Source: Dudresnaya verticillata (Eukaryota). Taken from it: 64,000 nucleotides of DNA. Below are positions 59,021 to 64,000 of this stretch, piece by piece. The DNA is taken from contig OZ374565.1 of assembly GCA_977862235.1 (NCBI GenBank), positions 2,170,001-2,234,000 on the forward strand, read 5' to 3'. Made by a program: the position numbers and the translations under genes. The notes below the pieces were generated by a model. That model did not search any database, had not been told where the DNA came from, and was given only the letters and a program-made list of their open reading frames with translations. Each line of letters opens with the position of its first letter. Positions within the stretch are counted from its first letter, which is position 1.

Positions 59021-61449
59021 TGCTATGTTCAGCAGAACTGTCTGGCCTCCCTCTCCGCGCAGCACCACAATGACCCAACGCGCAACCCGATGAATCGTGT
59101 TAACGGAAAGAAGGCCCCTCTCCTCCCAGCAATATTGCGCGCGTGTCAACAAATCGGCAGAAACAGTTTTTGCACAGTCGCGGTGAACAACAATGATCAC
59201 GAAACGTGAAAGAACGAACATCGGGAGAGCCCTGATATCATTAGGGAAGGGACTCCGCGATCGAGTCTGGCGCAGGCGGTGCACACCTCCAGTTGAACTC
59301 GAGTGGAGATCTTGATCTCGCAAAAGTTTCACGGAATAGATAAGGCGGAAGTACGAATGGCTGTGGAGAACTTTTTTTTTTCGACCTCGGATGCGCATCG
59401 AGGGTCCATTAAACTGCTGTAAGGGTGAGAGAGCTTTTCGCTCAGTCACGAGCTGTTCATTTCCTGTTGACGTTGCGAGCTGTGGACTGTAGTGAGTGTA
59501 CGAGGGAGTATTGTTGCGGTACCATAGAGCGGGTCGTTACGTGCTCATCAGAATACGTTAAGGATACCCTGGTAGGGGCTTCAGGCGCCGATAATCGACT
59601 ATGAGCACACGAGTACAATACGGCATTGTCCAACGGCCTTTACGATCGTCGCGTTGGTGAGTTAACTCGATGTACATACCGAGAGGTGTTGATGCGAGAG
59701 GTCATGGAGTTGGCGGAGCGATGCAGACCTCACCATGTTGCTGGAGTTGACCCCTCAACAGGGCATCCATCAAGGATATTTCCGCGAAAAGAAAAAGGCT
59801 TATGTCGGGAAATCGATAACAAAACTATACGCATACAGTAGAAGGAATGAATGAAATCGAGGAGGACTGTCATGATCTGCACATGTACTCCGGTTAACTG
59901 AAATAGCTACATATTGTATTACGAGGCAGGTCAAACGATCCTGAAAATAGATATTATGGACTACAACTTGTAGCCGACACGGAGTTACGCTTCTTAGTAG
60001 TCAAGAGGGTTGTGATGCCCCGAGTACAATACTGCCGGTTCTGCAATTCCCGAAGTAAGGTAGCACCCGGACAGATCGAAAATACTATGATGGGGGAGTG
60101 GGAGACCTAGGACATCAAAGTGAAGTGATTGGGGATTGGCGTTACTCCTGTGAATAACTTGGCTTGAAGAGCTGTTCACTCATGGCAGAACCACTACTAT
60201 TTTTTTTAATGTTTATTGTTCATTGCCGTTCAAGCTATTTGTTTTTACTGTTTATCGTTCAAGCAGTTGAGCAGTTGCATACTAGATATGCTGTTACGAT
60301 TATTCCAGCGGTTCACGGCTACCGTCTGACAGAACTAGCTGTTTGTTAGGTTTATGTTACGTCTAGTACTGCAGTTGTATTCATGCTACAGACCACGATG
60401 CGGTGCATGCTTTGATCTATTTATAATGACCTTCTCGAGGTCTGCAGTAGTTCTAGCCATCGATCCACAACAACACTTACCAACTTATCAGTACCCATTC
60501 ATACTGTTTTGCATCACTTTCCCTTTCGTCACCATTCATCTCCACAGGCGTGCAGTGCCCCTTTCCCTTTTCAATCCTCTTACTCCTGTATTCCCTGTTG
60601 CCGCCCTCTTCCATCTTGTGCGGCGTCGTGTGTACTACTGTAGAGATCATAAACTGCGATCTGTAGTTAGGACTCATAATAGAATCGCAACTGCAATGTT
60701 TGTGCTGATTCGGATGATGCCGTGAGCAGTGCTTCATCTGTAGAGTGAGAATCCTTTTTATAAGCAACTAAGCATTGAAGCCCCACAAGGTTGAACTAAT
60801 CTACGGACCAGTTTAATTCTTGGCCTGACAAGACAAATCAGATAGTTACGAAGTGGGGGTTTGCAAGGAACTGGAACAATATAGGCTTCTTGGTAGTAGA
60901 CATTAACACACACACGGTGTCAAGCACGCACAAAAACCTAGTGTATCAGACATCATTCATACAGTTCTCCTAAATACTGAATTGCGGATTGGCCTTTTTC
61001 GAAAGATCTATCGGATTTATCGCCAATATCGCAATTGCACGGAAGAAGCAGAAAGTGTAAGAGAGTGGAATGGTCGGCGGTAGGAACATGCTTTACCCTG
61101 ATCAGCAGGCATTTTCCGGGTATGATGCCTTCCTTCTCACAAAAACGACAACAACGTGCTGGTTTAAGTACCACTCTACAAGCTATAACAATGCTAGCTA
61201 CTACACTGCACAGCTATCTGTTCCGATTGCATTTCGTGCTGCTGCGTAGTATAGTACAAACACCTGAGGTAGATGCAATAGGTGCATTTATGTAACATCT
61301 GACATCGCACCTTCTCAACTCTTCGCTCACACGAATTCATTCACTCATTGCCTGGTCCTCCTACTTCTCCGTCCATCGTTTGGGATGCAGTAGTATCTGC
61401 ATACCTTTCCTAAAGTGAAGCTTCCCCCCCTCGCATTGCGCACACAAGG

Positions 61450-62754
61450 ATGAAAATGACTTCCTTGTATTTCTATTTTGCCGTCACGTCCCTGGCCATC
61501 TTCTCACTTGCCACAGCAAAGGGGGTTCCCTTTGCCCTCTGGAATGCTCGCTACAAGGACCTTACCAACGACTTCAGTTGTGCAACAGCCAACCAAGCCA
61601 AGCAAGCTAGAGCCTTCCCGAACTGGTCGTACAATGACTTTGCCCCAAACGCAAGGAGACAGTCCTTCAGATTGGCTTGGGAACCCATTCTTGAGCCTGT
61701 CTGGGGTTGTAACGGTCTCAACCGCGCCTGGACGAAACAATTCTCCTTCCTCATCGTGCTGGACGCCTCATGGGTCCGGTACTACAGGGAAAATGCTAAA
61801 CACTTTGCCAGTCAGGGCTATAACACACTGGCCAAATCTCCCAATATGATGATGGACCGAGTATCATACCTTTTCGAAAAGCAGTTTGGTGTCACCATCA
61901 GGGCTAGTAGGGTAGTTGCATTCGCAACGCTCAAGGAAGCCTGTGCGACTAACAAGAAATTTACCGACGATGGGACGTATGCCACAAGCACATTGAAGCA
62001 TCTTAGCAGGGCCAACATTGCGCCAAGGAGCACGGATGCCGGAATATTTCGCATTGGGGTAGGCTCGTATACCAAAGGTCAGTACTGCCATTCAGTATCT
62101 AGTGTTGGATCTCTATGTAATAGGAATATTGTCTCAGAGAATCAGAAGAAACCATTTAATTCCAACGGCAGGCTTGACTATCGTACCATCAAAACACTAG
62201 CACATGAGCTGGGTCACTTTTTCGGAGTATGCCCGAACAGCAACGCACATTGTTTGAATCTCCACACTCAGAATGAGATTCCGGATGTGATGGTATGGAA
62301 TGGGGGTCCGGCAATCAACGCGAGGCCCCAAGGAGTGTTTAAGAAATTCCTAACAGCTTGCACTCCGCTGTACAAAGACTTGTTGTGCAAAAGGGTGAAG
62401 AACGCAGCAGCTGCTTGCGGCAAGCACGTTCGACCTCTGAGCATCGCCGGAAAATACGTAAATAACAAGTATGGTGCTAATGCCAACGATTGGCATTTTG
62501 TAACAATCACTGAAGTGGACGTGAACACGTACAAGTGGACAAACCGCGCCGGGGTTTCATGGAACTTGATTCGTGCTAGACGTAACCCGAATCTGTTCCA
62601 TACCACTCGTCAGCAACCCGGATACCAGATCGCGCGTGCCGTGTCGATCATATCAAACGGCGCTAAGATTGTGACTGGGATCTTCGGACCGTCCAATGAG
62701 TTGTATTCAGTGAGGTCCAGGTTACGCCGTTCCGATGCGGTATTTTCTGCGTAG
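61450..62754 (+). CDS. secreted zinc metalloprotease, metzincin/reprolysin (M12B)-like, with a C-terminal beta domain
   Basis: Signal peptide; LIVLD strand; TLAHELGHFFG zinc motif; DVM Met-turn candidate; C-terminal NDWHFVTIT...WTNRAGVSWNL. Confidence 0.85.
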   Translation: MKMTSLYFYFAVTSLAIFSLATAKGVPFALWNARYKDLTNDFSCATANQAKQARAFPNWSYNDFAPNARRQSFRLAWEPILEPVWGCNGLNRAWTKQFSFLIVLDASWVRYYRENAKHFASQGYNTLAKSPNMMMDRVSYLFEKQFGVTIRASRVVAFATLKEACATNKKFTDDGTYATSTLKHLSRANIAPRSTDAGIFRIGVGSYTKGQYCHSVSSVGSLCNRNIVSENQKKPFNSNGRLDYRTIKTLAHELGHFFGVCPNSNAHCLNLHTQNEIPDVMVWNGGPAINARPQGVFKKFLTACTPLYKDLLCKRVKNAAAACGKHVRPLSIAGKYVNNKYGANANDWHFVTITEVDVNTYKWTNRAGVSWNLIRARRNPNLFHTTRQQPGYQIARAVSIISNGAKIVTGIFGPSNELYSVRSRLRRSDAVFSA

Positions 62755-64000
62755 CGAGAAGTGTATGCGCTCTACTTGGCCTTGGCCAACATTGTGTAAC
62801 AGAAGGCGCGTAAGCCATCCATCGGAGGGCTTTCATCTGCACAGGTTACCAAGACGAACTATGGGCAGGCCGCCATGCATGTAGTTTACGAGGAGCTGAT
62901 GCTTATACGGCTCGGCGGTCAGATTGTTACGGCAATGAAATAGGGATGGGTACTCGGTGACGATGCAGTAAGAGGAGTAAATTATTCATATTTTTCCAGG
63001 AGGCCTGAACGAGAGGAAATTGATGCACTGCAAGTAACAAGTAACACAGCTGTTACTAACAAGGAGCTGCAGGTATTTACCCATACATGTTAAACACAAT
63101 CGCGGCTAAAATTTTGGATATGATCAGGAGACGACGAAAGCATACATCGATGGGCAAAAAGCGGTGGTGTACTGGAGGGGGAATATCGCCAAACTTTTGC
63201 GCCGAGGAAGTCGGCGATCATTTGCACTCTGGAATCCATTCCGGCGAGTACAACTCTCTGCATCACAATGCCTCACGGATAGGATAGTTGTGGTGTCGTA
63301 TTTTTGCCCCTCTCGCGTTGTAAGAGTGACCAAACAATGCTGCAATGAGTCGAGGACTGACTAATGATAAGGAGTATGGAAACAATTGATCTGAATACTT
63401 TTCTACTTTCAAGAGTAGTTTGCGAGCGGGAGTGACGGCATCGCTAGATACAGTGCTACTATTGGTCGAATGCGGAAATTGATCTTTCCACCCGAAAGAT
63501 CACCCAACGGCAATAGTAATGTTACTGCCGGTTTGCCATACGCGTCAGGAGGGGCCGAAGCGGAGGCAATCTGCGTTGTCTGTATGGGAAGTTTTGCGGA
63601 GGAGGACAGAGAGGGAGCAGAGCATGAGAAGAGGTAAGGAATGTCCCGATGTAAAAATCTGTGCGATCGCTCTGTACTGTCAACGGATGGCAGCGCTAGC
63701 GTGTGGGTCAATAGCAAAACTTCCATCTGGGGACCCGCTTTGCTCCGGGGCTGCTGGGCCGGGAGGGTCGGTCAATGCTAAGATATGGCAGTTGGTTATT
63801 AAAAAGAGGAATTCCTTTTCTGGTTTTCGAGTTTGGCCTGCAAAGGATCTGACATGACAAAATAAGGCCTACAAAAAAGAATCGAAGAGTTTATAAACCG
63901 GGTTGCCCGAGAGTACCCGAGAGCCGACCGTGTGACGCATTACAAGCAGTATTGCAGATATTTGCAGTACTCTTGGGAAAGAGGTACCTTCGAAGGTAAC

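Overview
Eukaryotic, TE-rich genomic DNA with intronless genes. A florideophyte red alga is my guess from gene style and TE spectrum; it is not shown by the sequence. 1-11.5 kb: small intronless orphan ORFs, a cluster of iterated direct/inverted motifs, and one 978-codon reading frame broken by two in-frame stops. That frame fuses an NLS, a ParB/Srx-like domain, a beta-class amino-DNA-methyltransferase and a C-terminal domain resembling En/Spm accessory proteins. 11.7-13.9 kb: decayed non-LTR RT element. 14.0-25.9 kb: 5'-truncated chromodomain Ty3/Gypsy element with a GGGAAAC -1 frameshift, full pol, a ~1130-codon antisense ORF, PPT and a 1.25-kb 3' LTR; its internal region is saturated with the palindrome TGGCCA. 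26-38 kb: a Tc1/pogo-type MITE, a secreted Cys-rich cationic peptide, a secreted SnoaL/NTF2-like protein and a tail-to-tail pair of ~700-aa paralogs of unknown family. 39-55 kb: a tandemly repeated multi-kb unit (2 copies plus a stub). Each full copy has an intact 184-aa EVE/PUA-like ORF, an ankyrin pseudogene and a CRE-like RLE retroelement fragment, plus copy-specific insertions including a complete PIF/Harbinger element. 57-63 kb: a repeat-rich charged ORF and a secreted reprolysin-like metalloprotease. No rRNA, tRNA or CRISPR seen. All family assignments come from motifs recognised by eye; no database searches were run.
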